A stretch of DNA of 64,000 nt from Leptolyngbyaceae cyanobacterium CSU_1_4 (GCA_012034615.1 JAAUPA010000001.1:2242-66241), one strand, 5' to 3'. Positions 50,899-60,594 are shown, numbered from the stretch's first letter. Notes: generated by a model from the letters alone, not told the origin. Numbers and translations are program-made.

Positions 50899-51618
50899 CT
50901 ACTGAATATTGTTGAGATAATTCACGCCTCCAAGCTGCTCCATTTGGCGCAAAATCCAGTACTGGCGATCGAGCACCACCGTCGAAGGTTGATTGACCTG
51001 ATAGAGTTCGGGACCTGGCAAAACGGCGGCGAGAAGAGCCGCTTCCTCGCGGTTAAGTTGGCTGGCAGAATGGGCGAAGAATTGCTGGCTAGCCGCCTCG
51101 ACTCCAAAAATCTGAGTGCTGAATTGGGCAATGTTGAGATAAATTTCTAAGATTCGCTGCTTACTCCAAAGCCATTCAATAAGAACAGTGAACCACGCTT
51201 CCAGAGCTTTGCGGAAGAGACTGCGTCCTGACCAGAGATAGAGATTTTTGGCGACTTGTTGGCTAATCGTACTCGCGCCTCTCAGGTCGCTTCCTTGGTT
51301 GTAGTCGGTGATGGCTTGCTGGAGGGCTTCCCAGTCGAACCCGTGGTGGCTGGGAAATTGTTGATCTTCGCCCGCGATCGCTGCTAAGGGCATCTCTGGG
51401 GAAATTTGGCTATAGGGTGTCCAGCGATATTGGTAGATTTGCTTGTTCTGGAACACCGATTGCAGCATAAAGCTGGAGGTGGGGAGGGGAAGCCAGCGCC
51501 AGGGAAGGATGAGAAGAATAGACAGGAGGGCAGTGGCGATCGTGAGGCTAATTCCGGTGAACAAGAGGCGACGGATGGAGAAGCAACGAAGCCAGCGAAA
51601 TTTACGACGATGAATCAC
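50899..51618 (-). CDS. mtgA: Monofunctional peptidoglycan glycosyltransferase (GT51)
   Basis: AGEDQQFPSHHGFDW, GASTISQQVAKNL and RILEIYLNIAQF motifs after an N-terminal TM anchor. Confidence 0.85.
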   Translation of the reverse strand: MIHRRKFRWLRCFSIRRLLFTGISLTIATALLSILLILPWRWLPLPTSSFMLQSVFQNKQIYQYRWTPYSQISPEMPLAAIAGEDQQFPSHHGFDWEALQQAITDYNQGSDLRGASTISQQVAKNLYLWSGRSLFRKALEAWFTVLIEWLWSKQRILEIYLNIAQFSTQIFGVEAASQQFFAHSASQLNREEAALLAAVLPGPELYQVNQPSTVVLDRQYWILRQMEQLGGVNYLNNIQ

Positions 51619-51698
51619 GGGGAAGTTGAGAGGGCTTGGGGTGTTCCTATGATAATCACTCTTCTCCTAGAGCGGAAAAAGGGAGCCAGAATCAAAGT

Positions 51699-51909
51699 CC
51701 CTCTCCCGTTTTGGGCTACCGTGTATACGAAACTCTAAACTGGCTTCGTTGCAGTCTTTTTCTCCCCCTAAATCCCCCATTCTGGGGGAATTTGAAAGCA
51801 CAGAACTGGCTCGGAAGTCCCCCAGAATGGGGGATTTAGGGGGCGGTTCGCCGGGGCGTAGCTGGATTCAACAACTTGTGTGTAGACGGTAGCCCGTTTT
51901 GGGAGAGGG
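51699..51909. mobile_element. Composite element: outer inverted repeat (ccctctccc...gggctaccgtgtatac) enclosing a MITE copy (51764-51844)
   Basis: Left arm 51699-51728 and right arm 51878-51909 are imperfect reverse complements. The inner core ccccctaaatcccccattctggggga...tcccccagaatgggggatttagggggc belongs to the family. A related fragment (tgtatacacggtagcc) lies at ~43255. Confidence 0.6.
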
Positions 51910-51992
51910 ATTGGGGGGTGAGGGCGCAAAACTGGAATGCACCCCATCCAATCAATACATCCAATCAATAGATGGGAGAGGTGGGAAGGAGG

Positions 51993-52451
51993 TTATTTAG
52001 GCTGAGCCTCTGTTCGAGGAAAGGTATAAATGAGGTAGCTTAAAACCCCAACGTTAATCACAAAAACTAATAACTTAATGAGGCTGGCTTCACGGATGAG
52101 CTCATAAACTTCGGGGGGAATGCCCAGGCTAACAAGGGTAATCACTAAGAGATGCGCCCAAGTCTTTTGCTGCCATAGCCCGATCGCCTCCACCGCAGTC
52201 ACTGCACCATAAATTCCGGTGGCAAGTCCGCTAAATTGGAGAGTGCGAGGATCGAGCTTTAAGACTTTGTCTAAACCCCAATCGACAAAACCGATCTGGG
52301 TTTCGGGAGTGTAGGTTTCGGCAAATTGGGCGATCGCTTCATAGTTCTTAAGCGCCAAAAAGATTGCCACTGATGCCACCATGAACACCACGGCAAAAAA
52401 AGCTTTATAGACAACAATTGCGATTAACCCAAGGGGGCGTTGATGTGGCAT
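51993..52451 (-). CDS. DUF2127-like membrane protein
   Basis: 152-aa ORF with four hydrophobic helices. Confidence 0.5.
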   Translation of the reverse strand: MPHQRPLGLIAIVVYKAFFAVVFMVASVAIFLALKNYEAIAQFAETYTPETQIGFVDWGLDKVLKLDPRTLQFSGLATGIYGAVTAVEAIGLWQQKTWAHLLVITLVSLGIPPEVYELIREASLIKLLVFVINVGVLSYLIYTFPRTEAQPK

Positions 52452-52517
52452 AGAAAGTTAAGCAGCGTTAGGCAGATTATCTTGTCATGTTAACAGATAA
52501 GACTCAGCCGGGATGTC

Positions 52518-52823
52518 TTACGCCTGACTATCAAACCGAGTCCGAAAGCTGCCGTACTTCAGCCAATATTGCTTGAGGGTATGGCAAGGTGCGTGCAAAC
52601 TTGCCTTCGATCGATACAACAGCACTTGCCGATGATCGCCCATCCAAATTTTGTCTACGGGGTCTACTGAAATCACGGTGCCGCCCAAAGAAGCGACACA
52701 GGCAGAAAAGCGATCGACTGCGCTAAAATCTACGGTTTCAAAGACAAAGAAGTTGCCTGAACAAATTAAGTGGCGGCTTCTGATCCAACATTGCATTTTT
52801 TTCTGAGCTTCTGGCGGTAGCAT
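52518..52823 (-). CDS. cpeR: Probable phycoerythrin operon activator CpeR
   Basis: ~101-aa ORF from the internal ATG at 52823, last gene after cpeS-cpeT as in the Fremyella cpeCDESTR operon. The first 72 codons of the tracked ORF overlap cpeT and were discarded. The assignment rests mainly on gene order. Confidence 0.45.
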   Translation of the reverse strand: MLPPEAQKKMQCWIRSRHLICSGNFFVFETVDFSAVDRFSACVASLGGTVISVDPVDKIWMGDHRQVLLYRSKASLHAPCHTLKQYWLKYGSFRTRFDSQA

Positions 52824-52857
52824 TCTAGCGGAATCGGGTTCTAGAACTGAGGGAATG

Positions 52858-53466
52858 CTAGGAGATAGCTGGGACTTCATGGGCAAAACTCTCCCGTTTT
52901 TCAAAGCGCAGGGGTCCGTGTTCAGACCCCCATTTTTGCTCGTGTGTATTAATGTCCAAGCCTTTGTCGAGACTGACCCAGGTGGTTTCCGTAATTTCGA
53001 CATCGCTGACCAGATAGGTTTGGCAGCCACCCTTCTCAATTAAACAAAGGTTGCCAGGTTCCACCTGACCTCGAAACAAACTACCCTCTTGGGTAAAAAC
53101 CATGGAGCAGTTGGGTCGCCGTTCGATGCAGTTTGGAGTAATGGTTTTGAGAATGTTTAAGTCACGAGCTGCGCCTGCGTAAAGCACTGAATCTTTGAGG
53201 CTATAGTTTTCGATGTAAATATGATTCCCGCGATCGACCAAACAATGAATGCCTTGGCGGTAGGGAGACCACAAATCATAGTCATAAACTTGTTCTGAAT
53301 AAAAACCAATTGCCGAAAAGAATGCAAAGGGCAAAGGGCGAAAAAAGACGTGAATATGGGCGTAGTCTTTGGGGTTGGCGATCGCCTGTTTAACATTGCT
53401 AAAGTCGCCTGCCATCCAACGAGCTAGGGTCACTAAATCGCTGGCGGCTTCGGGTAAGGTCGTCAT
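52858..53466 (-). CDS. cpeT: CpeT/CpcT-family phycobilin lyase
   Basis: LARWMAGDFSN..QA..NP..YAHIHVFFRPLP...YSEQ.YDYD.W.PYRQG matches the T-type lyase family. Confidence 0.82.
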   Translation of the reverse strand: MTTLPEAASDLVTLARWMAGDFSNVKQAIANPKDYAHIHVFFRPLPFAFFSAIGFYSEQVYDYDLWSPYRQGIHCLVDRGNHIYIENYSLKDSVLYAGAARDLNILKTITPNCIERRPNCSMVFTQEGSLFRGQVEPGNLCLIEKGGCQTYLVSDVEITETTWVSLDKGLDINTHEQKWGSEHGPLRFEKRESFAHEVPAIS

Positions 53467-53469
53467 GAT

Positions 53470-54003
53470 TTAACCCGGAGTTTCTTGACGAATTTCTGAA
53501 GAAAAAGAAGCAGTTACCACACCGGTGCCTGCACTGGTTTTGATTAAAGAAACACGACAGCGAACGTTAGGATTCACAAACCAGATTCGTTCTTCAGCCG
53601 CAGCGCGATCGTACTCTGTCACCAAAACGAACGTGCCGTCTTCAGTCAAAGTGTACCGTCCTGCGGCTGCCATCGTTTCAGCATATCCTTGATCGCGGAG
53701 CAGCTTGCCTTTTTGTAGCTGCTCACCATCAGGAACCGGAACAAGAATGCAGGTTCCTTTCAGAACTTCGCTTTCATCCCAGTCCGATTGCCCTTCCCAA
53801 GTCATACGAAAGGGACAAACAATAGATTGAGGATTAACGCTGTAGGTCTGACAAAGTTCCAGAACACCAGGGTCATCAGGAGCTAGTGAAATAATATCAA
53901 TCACTGATTGAATGGCTTCAAAGTGACTGAACGCTAAATGATGGGCGCTACGCTGCGATCGCCAGCACCCAATTGAACGCTCTACAAACTCCCGAATATC
54001 CAT
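53470..54003 (-). CDS. cpeS: CpeS/CpcS-family phycobilin lyase
   Basis: From the ATG at 54003: MDIREFVERSIGCWRSQRSAHHLAF...EERIWFVNPNVRCRVS, the S-type lyase family. The upstream part of the tracked ORF crosses a hairpin and is unsupported. Confidence 0.8.
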   Translation of the reverse strand: MDIREFVERSIGCWRSQRSAHHLAFSHFEAIQSVIDIISLAPDDPGVLELCQTYSVNPQSIVCPFRMTWEGQSDWDESEVLKGTCILVPVPDGEQLQKGKLLRDQGYAETMAAAGRYTLTEDGTFVLVTEYDRAAAEERIWFVNPNVRCRVSLIKTSAGTGVVTASFSSEIRQETPG

Positions 54004-54144
54004 TAACCTTTTTGTTTCTGTTGAGACTTTGGCAAGCGATCGAGTCTGCGTAGCAATATAAACATCCGGCTCCCCTTCCCTATCAGGGCATAGCTTAAGA
54101 GTTAGGTTGCTCGCGACTACGCAGCTAGAAAAACTCTCCCCAGC

Positions 54145-54164
54145 CCCTTTCCTGAAGGAAAGGG
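54145..54164 (-). terminator. Intercistronic hairpin (attenuator or mRNA-processing signal) between cpeE and cpeS
   Basis: Perfect 8-bp stem ccctttcc/ggaaaggg with a 4-nt loop. On the transcribed (minus) strand it is followed 12 nt later by GAGTTTTT. Confidence 0.45.
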
Positions 54165-54216
54165 ACTTTGAGTAAATTGAGAGTTTTCTTAGCAATATTG
54201 CAATTCAACCTGGCGC

Positions 54217-54969
54217 TTACGACACTTCCGTAATGCTCAAGATTTTGCCGCCGCGCTTTTGAATGCTTTGGATATTCTTTGACAACTGAGCATATCCAAT
54301 CTCAATAGTAGAGAGGCTCTTGGTAACGCGAGCGGAGCTAGCTTTCGAGACGGTAATTCGGAACCGCTTAGCCCGATTGTTGTAAGCGCCTCCTGCCGCA
54401 GGGGTGACAATTTTGGTAGAGAGATTGCTACCAATGTCACGAATGAGCTTGGCTGATTTACCCACATCGTTGGCAGCATAGCCGCGCATGAGGGCAAAGG
54501 TGCGGTTGAAGTTGACGTTGGTGCTGCCCGTCTGAGTCCGGTTGCCGGTAGGAGAAGGCACCACGTTTTCGCCAAAGCTTTCTATGTATTCGTTGCTGTC
54601 GATATACGAGTCAATTTCAGCTTCGTAGCCGTTAGCGTTGTAGGTTTGAACATGCTCAGAAATTTCGGCTTGGTCTTGGGGCGCACGACCCAAGAGATGC
54701 TTAAAGTTCAGTTCAATAAAACGGTAGGGAGAAGAATTGTCAAAAAACAGGGAACGGTAAAGTTCAGATTGGGCGATCGCTCTAACAAAGCCTCTGACTG
54801 TAATATCACCATTCCGTAGCAACGATTCTGCACTCGTTAACCGCTGGCTTTCCATCACATGGGTATTGCCCAAGACCTGACGATACGCCGCCCGAATCAC
54901 GCCTTGCAAATCTTCCTCAGTTGCATGATTGCGCAATTCCACAGATTCAGTTTCAATCCAAAGTGCCAT
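54217..54969 (-). CDS. cpeE: Phycoerythrin-associated rod linker (CpeE-type)
   Basis: PBS-linker domain ([17 protein letters not shown]...[14 protein letters not shown]) plus a CpcD-like C-terminal domain. Third linker gene of the operon. Confidence 0.75.
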   Translation of the reverse strand: MALWIETESVELRNHATEEDLQGVIRAAYRQVLGNTHVMESQRLTSAESLLRNGDITVRGFVRAIAQSELYRSLFFDNSSPYRFIELNFKHLLGRAPQDQAEISEHVQTYNANGYEAEIDSYIDSNEYIESFGENVVPSPTGNRTQTGSTNVNFNRTFALMRGYAANDVGKSAKLIRDIGSNLSTKIVTPAAGGAYNNRAKRFRITVSKASSARVTKSLSTIEIGYAQLSKNIQSIQKRGGKILSITEVS

Positions 54970-55056
54970 GTCAATATCTCCTTGTAAAAAAGTGGTGAAA
55001 AGTGTTTTCCGTCAAAAAGGCTGAAAGGGGTAAGCGCTGCCCACCCCCTTTACGAA

Positions 55057-55806
55057 CTATGCGATTTCTGTAATGCTGACAATCTTTGCGCCTGTGCGGT
55101 GAATCCGCTGAATTTGGGGCGTCATCTTACTAGCCGAGACAATGTACTCGGTCGTGCTGACCCGCCGAGGCGCATCAAACTTAGAACCAGATACTAAAAT
55201 TTTGAACCGCTTTTCGGTGCCAGAGCCAATCACCGTTGAGGTCGAGGGTCTGATGACGCTACCGCTGTTGGTGGCAACGGCGTAGACTAGCTGTGATGAG
55301 GTGACCGCACTGTCGATTTGGGCTGGACCGCGATCGAGGGCAAACATCCGGTTATAGCCCACTTGCTTCGGGTTCGAGGCGCTGTCTTTACCGCGATAGT
55401 AAGGCACCACGTTATCACCAAAGGCATTTTGGTATTCATCACTATCGACATAGGAGTCAATCTCAGCGTCATAGCCTTCTGCGACACAACGAACGATATG
55501 CTCAGAAACTTCTCGCTGATCTTGGGGCGCACGTCCTAAGATGTGCTTAAAATTTAGCTCTACAAAACGGTAGGGCGCACAGGATTCAAAGTAGCGAGAC
55601 CGATAAAAATCAGACTTGGCGACCGCGCGGACAAACTCACGGACAGTGATGGAGCGATCGCATAACTGCGACTCTGCCGACATCAATCGCTCACTCTCCA
55701 TCACATGCGGATTGCCCAAAACTTGCTTATAAACTGCCCGAATCACGGTTTGGACATCATCCAACCCGCTAGTAGACCACAGCTCAAGAACCGTAGGGGA
55801 TGCCAT
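55057..55806 (-). CDS. cpeD: Phycoerythrin-associated rod linker (CpeD-type)
   Basis: PBS-linker domain (VYKQVLGNPHVMESERL...FVELNFKHILGRAP) plus a CpcD-like C-terminus. Second linker gene. Confidence 0.75.
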   Translation of the reverse strand: MASPTVLELWSTSGLDDVQTVIRAVYKQVLGNPHVMESERLMSAESQLCDRSITVREFVRAVAKSDFYRSRYFESCAPYRFVELNFKHILGRAPQDQREVSEHIVRCVAEGYDAEIDSYVDSDEYQNAFGDNVVPYYRGKDSASNPKQVGYNRMFALDRGPAQIDSAVTSSQLVYAVATNSGSVIRPSTSTVIGSGTEKRFKILVSGSKFDAPRRVSTTEYIVSASKMTPQIQRIHRTGAKIVSITEIA

Positions 55807-56078
55807 TAAACCTATTCTCCTAAAAAATATTCTAGTGTTCGGATGGATGGAACTTAGCTCAAGAGCAAAGTTAGCGTTGCTGAATTAAAGGATGAAAACC
55901 CGGTTTCTCCACCCGTTAGGGAAAAAGATTAGGTTTATTGGGAGTGCAGTTAGAAAAATCTCTCCCCAAGCCCCGATTCTAAAGAAAAAGGCTTGGAATT
56001 GATCCATGCTTCTGTTCAATTCCGGCAGTAAGGTTCCCTGACTGCGGAGAACCCTACCTCTAACCTTAAACCGTTTGC

Positions 56079-56939
56079 CTAAACGGCTGTCACACTCGCA
56101 ATGATGCCGCCTTGTTGATGAATCCGTTGGTATTCCTGCGACAGCTTGTCGTAAGGCACCAGATAAACTTGGTTACTGCGACGGAACTTAGAAACAGAAT
56201 TAACGGCTTTGGCTCGATAGCCCGTGACCTCAATGCGGTAAACCTTACCGCCTGCACTAGCATCCACGCCCAGCCGAGTGCGAGCACTTCCGGAGGGATT
56301 TCGGAAGGTTGCTCCATCGCCTGCGGGAGAAACCACAGCGGTAGGAGTGCTTTGAATCACCAAAGCGTTAAGCTTGGGCGAAGTTCCTGCCAAATCTCCT
56401 TTCAAGCTGCTGCTAGAAGCACCCCGAACGAGTTGAAAGGTATGGGTGAACTGCACCATGCTAGAGCAGGCTTCGGACTTGTAGCCCCGAATGTAGGGCA
56501 CAAAGTTTTCGCCAAAAGTATTTTGGTATTCATCGCTATCGATGTAGGAATCGATTTCAGCATAGAACCCTTGAGTATCTAGGAGGGTGCTGTGCATCCG
56601 CATTTCTTCGAGATCGAGCGGTGCCCGACCCAACAAGTGGCGGAAGTTGAGTTCGATCGCGCGGTATCGAGCACAGCTTGTAAAGAAGCGAGTCAGATAT
56701 AAATCTGATTGGGCAACTGCCCGCACAAATTCGCGGACACTGAGTTCGCCTCGCTTAAACTGAGACTCGGGCACCACTAGGCGCTCGCTTTCCATGACGT
56801 AGGCGTTGCCCAGGACTTGCCTGTACACTGCCTGAATCATGCTTTCTGCTTCTTCTTGCGAGCGTCCGGGCACCCACTCAACGGGGGGAGTTTCGTCAAA
56901 TAGACTGACTCCTAATCTTGAAGCTGGTCCAAAAGCCAT
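56079..56939 (-). CDS. cpeC: Phycoerythrin-associated rod linker (CpeC-type)
   Basis: From the ATG at 56939: MAFGPASRLGVSLFDETPPVEWVPGRSQEEAE...VYRQVLGNAYVMESERL...KVYRIEVTGYRAK. This is very close to the Fremyella CpeC sequence as I recall it. Confidence 0.8.
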   Translation of the reverse strand: MAFGPASRLGVSLFDETPPVEWVPGRSQEEAESMIQAVYRQVLGNAYVMESERLVVPESQFKRGELSVREFVRAVAQSDLYLTRFFTSCARYRAIELNFRHLLGRAPLDLEEMRMHSTLLDTQGFYAEIDSYIDSDEYQNTFGENFVPYIRGYKSEACSSMVQFTHTFQLVRGASSSSLKGDLAGTSPKLNALVIQSTPTAVVSPAGDGATFRNPSGSARTRLGVDASAGGKVYRIEVTGYRAKAVNSVSKFRRSNQVYLVPYDKLSQEYQRIHQQGGIIASVTAV

Positions 56940-57387
56940 TAACGGTATCTCCTGGTTAACGACGGTGTTTAAGAGGTGTTTCAAACCAGGTGAAGAACTG
57001 TAAAAATTACTCACCTTTACTAATCAAGCTGACCTGAGGGCATCCAACGCTTGGGTGAATTGATCTCACATCAAAACTGAGTTCCTGCAAGGAGAACTCT
57101 TACCCAGGGTGCGATTCAGCTTTTCAGGTGCTTTATACGCTTTGTTATGATCAATCTTCTTATAAGGGCGTAATCCTGAACGTCAAGATTTGTAAATTTA
57201 ATCAGAATTAACTGACTTAGACTCTTACGGAAGATTCATTTTGAATCAAGGTAGGGAGTGTAAGCTAGCATTTATTACGGTTAGCCGATCGCTGATTACT
57301 AACGATATGGCTCACTATCAGCCATAGCTTGCTATCAGGCAATGCTATTAGCCGGTATTAAATTGTCCAAAGGATGAGGGTGGTTAA

Positions 57388-58994
57388 ATGAATAGGTTTG
57401 TGAAGTTCCTGAGTCTGTTTAGCCTATGTTTGCTGTTAGGGGTCAGTTGTGGCGGGCAGCGATCGCCCAATTCCACTTCTAGTCCCTCTAGTACAGGACG
57501 GATAACCATGGGCACGACGCTAAAGGCAACCACCCTTGATCCTGCCGATGCTTATCAGTTGTTTCCCGGTATTTTGCTAAGTAATATGGGCGATCGCCTC
57601 TATGCTTACAAACCCGGCACCACCGAGCTTGTGCCTCAACTGGCAACGGCTCTGCCCCGGGTTAGTGAGGATGGCTTAACCTACGTTATTCCTCTGCGCA
57701 CAGGGGTGACGTTTCACGACGGCAGCGCCTTTAATGCCGAAGCGATGGCGTTTTCGATCAATCGTTTCATGACCAATAGTGGTGCCCCAGCCTTCTTACT
57801 TTCCGAAAAGGTTGCTTCGGCAAAAGCTTCGGGCGCAAATGAGTTAACGATTGTGTTAAAAGAACCCTTCGCAGCATTCCCGGCGCTGCTGGCGTTTTCG
57901 GGGGTGACTCCGGTGCCGCCTCAAGCTTACGAGTCGGGGGCGGGCAAGTTCAAACCGACGACGTTCATTGGGACAGGTCCTTACAAGCTGGCGCAGTTTT
58001 CGCCAACTTCTATTCGACTCGACCCCTACGAAGGTTATTGGGGCGACAAACCTGCGAACCAAGGAATCGATATTCAAATTATCGGCAGTCCAGCCAACCT
58101 ATTTAATACCTTTAAAACTAAAGGCTTAGATATTGCCTATCAAACCCTTGATCCTGATCAAATTCGTAGTTTAGTCGATGGGGCAGAACAGGGGGGTGGA
58201 AAGTAGTAGAAGCAGGAACAACTTCGACTAACTTTATGACGCTGAATATGAGAAGTAAGCCGTTGGAGAACGTGAAAGTGCGTCAGGCGATCGCAGCAAT
58301 GGTCGATCGTAATTTGCTCAATCAACGGGTTTTCCAAGGACAAGCAGAATTGCTTTACAGCCTGCTGCCCAAAAGCTTTCCACTTTACAAGCCTGTCTTT
58401 AAAGACAAATATGGAGACGGTGATTTTGTTAAAGCAAAAGCGCTGTTGGCAGAGGCAGGAATTAATCAATCTAATCCCTTGAATTTAGAAATTTGGTATT
58501 CCTCTAACTCCACACTGCGGAACTTAGTGGCAACAACACTGAAAGCTTCTATTGAGCAAAATCTGAAGGGAATTGTTAATGTCATTCCTAATACAATTGA
58601 ATCTGCAACGCTGTTTGCTAAGTTAGATCAGGGAACGTACCCTAGTACACTATTGGATTGGTATCCTGATTTCTACGATGCAGATACTTACATTCAGCCG
58701 TTTATGGCTTGTGATCAGGGCTCTGTAACCGGTGGCTGTGAGCAAGGACAAAGCCAATTAGGCGGATCGTTTTACTTTAGCGATCGCGCCAATGAATTAA
58801 TTCAGAAACAGCGGGCGGAACAGAATCCGGAAGCCCGAAATGCGTTATTTATACAATTGCAAGACCTGTTGGTGGAAGATGTCCCCTACATCCCGTTATG
58901 GCAGAATAAGGATTATATTTTTGCACAATCAACGGTTCAGGGAGTAGCAATTCAACCCACGCAGCAGTTCTTGTTGTGGCAAATTAAAAAGTAG
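57388..58994 (+). pseudogene. ABC transporter substrate-binding protein, family 5 (peptide/nickel type), one frameshift as assembled
   Basis: Lipoprotein-like signal (LLLGVSCGG). The break is in the G6 run at 58191-58196. Adding one G gives ...GAEQGGWKVVEAGTTSTNFMTLNMRSKPLENVKVRQA.... Confidence 0.8.
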
Positions 58995-59028
58995 TTTTGT
59001 GTATCTCGACTCTTCTATTCCTTCTCCT

Positions 59029-60056
59029 ATGTCTTCCCGATCGACTGCTCTACGCTACTATATTTTGTCTAGAATTTTGTTTGCGCCGCTGATGATTTTG
59101 ACGATTACTTCGTTAATTTTTTTACTGCTGCGGGCAACTCCAGGTGATCCGGTGGATGTATTGCTGGGACCTCGTGCGCCTGAGAGTGCGCGAGAAGCAC
59201 TGCGGATTCAATTGGGTTTGAATCTACCTTTAGGAGTGCAATATTTGAATTATTTGGGAAGCTTATTACGGCTAGATTTAGGAACTTCTTTGACGAGTCA
59301 GGGGCAGTCGGTTTGGGAAATTATTGGACAGCATTTTCCTGCAACGGTGGAACTGACCGTGTTAAGTATGGTAGTAGCGGTAGTGGTGGGGGTAACGTTG
59401 GGGGCGATCGCTGCCGCAAACCGAATACGTCGTTTGATGTGGGCAGTCGGTTGTTTGGCATCATTACCTACGCTGTTCCAATGTATTGGTTTGGCATGAT
59501 TTTACAGCTTATCTTTGCCGTTCAACTTCAGTGGTTTCCTATTGGTAGCCGTTTCCCTCTGAGTCTGCAACCACCGCCACAGTTAACTGGGTTATATGTG
59601 ATTGATAGTTTGCTAAACGGCAACTTTGAGCAATTTTTTGCTAGCTTGTATCACCTAGCGTTGCCCAGCTTGACTCTGGGTATTCTGCTCAGCGGTATTT
59701 TTGAACGGATGGTGCGGGTAAATCTCAAGCAAACTTTAAAGGCAGATTACGTAGAGGCGGCGCGTGCACGCGGTATCCCGGAAGCCCAAATTGTGGTAAC
59801 TCATGCGTTAAAGAACGCGATGATTCCGGTGATTACAGTGTTAGGGCTAACGATCGCTTCTCTGCTAGGAGGAGCAGTACTAACTGAGGTAACGTTTTCG
59901 TGGCCCGGATTAGCGAATCGATTGTACGAAGCTATTTCGGCGCGAGATTATCCAGTGGTGCAGGGAATTATGGTATTTTTTGCCATCATTGTGGCGATCG
60001 CCAGTATTGCGATCGATATTCTCAATGCCTACATTGATCCGCGCATCCGGTATTAA
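59029..60056 (+). pseudogene. ABC transporter permease (DppB/OppB-like), one frameshift as assembled
   Basis: N-terminal YILSRILFAPLMIL...ATPGDPV. The break is at the A3 run 59418-59420. Adding one A gives ...AIAAAKPNTSFDVGSRLFGIITYAVPMYWFGMILQLIF.... Confidence 0.8.
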
Positions 60057-60165
60057 TTCTGAGCTCAGCTTTCAGCAATAGATGGATTGAGTGTATTAAT
60101 CTTTTCACTGAAAGCAGCAGAGAATGGCGCAGGATGTCCTCCCAATCGTTTTAATAGTTAGGACG

Positions 60166-60594
60166 CTAAGGGCGAACGGTAACTGGAACGGTTAATTCAA
60201 AAGGTTGAAAACTATCTCCCTTAGGTTCTCCAGTCAATACGAGTTGATACAGGCCTGGGGTCGGAAAAGTGATGCTGGTACTAATGGGTCGCTCATGTCC
60301 TTCAACGTCAGCTTCAGAGAGTTGCGGATAGGCAATGGGTTGATTTCGCGAATCATAAACGACCAAATTACAGTTGCAATTGGCTAAGGGAATGGTCTCG
60401 CCCTGTGGATGAGACAAGTGAAACCAAGTTAGGCTAGGAATCTTGGCATAGGGAGAATCATCAGGTTCTAAATGAACGGTCGCCTGAACCGTTCCAACCA
60501 TCATGTGTTGGTGTGCGATCGCGTTCAAAGAACTAACAAGTAGGCTAGCTGGAGCTAGCAAACCCGCTACAAATAGTGAGATAGATTGACGCAT
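60166..60594 (-). CDS. Hypothetical periplasmic protein
   Basis: From the ATG at 60594 (MRQSISLFVAGLLAPASLLV, a signal peptide). Predicted beta-rich, no family recognised. Confidence 0.45.
   Translation of the reverse strand: MRQSISLFVAGLLAPASLLVSSLNAIAHQHMMVGTVQATVHLEPDDSPYAKIPSLTWFHLSHPQGETIPLANCNCNLVVYDSRNQPIAYPQLSEADVEGHERPISTSITFPTPGLYQLVLTGEPKGDSFQPFELTVPVTVRP

Noticed and set aside
51406-51968. ORFs 51406..51738, 51636..51839 and 51768..51968
   Set aside because: They are antisense to mtgA or translated from the MITE/inverted-repeat composite. The PPEWGI / NPPFWG peptides are simply the palindrome read in both directions.
52824-53039. N-terminal 72 codons of ORF 52518..53039
   Set aside because: They overlap the 3' part of cpeT in another frame and contain no recognisable sequence. 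The gene was trimmed to the internal ATG at 52823, which gives a CpeR-sized product.
57015-57387. Search for chromatic-acclimation promoter elements (direct TTGTTA-type repeats) upstream of cpeC
   Set aside because: Only a single TTGTTA (in ctttgttatga) is present on the wrong strand. No convincing direct repeat was found, so no regulatory call was made.
8545-60056. Reading the 13 split genes as true pseudogenes, implying genome decay
   Set aside because: The breaks fall mostly in short homopolymers. They affect essential or highly expressed genes (gatB, isiA, hemW). The flanking reading frames show no other degeneration such as extra stops or deletions. Sequencing or assembly error is the simpler explanation. 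They are typed as pseudogene only to reflect the sequence as given.
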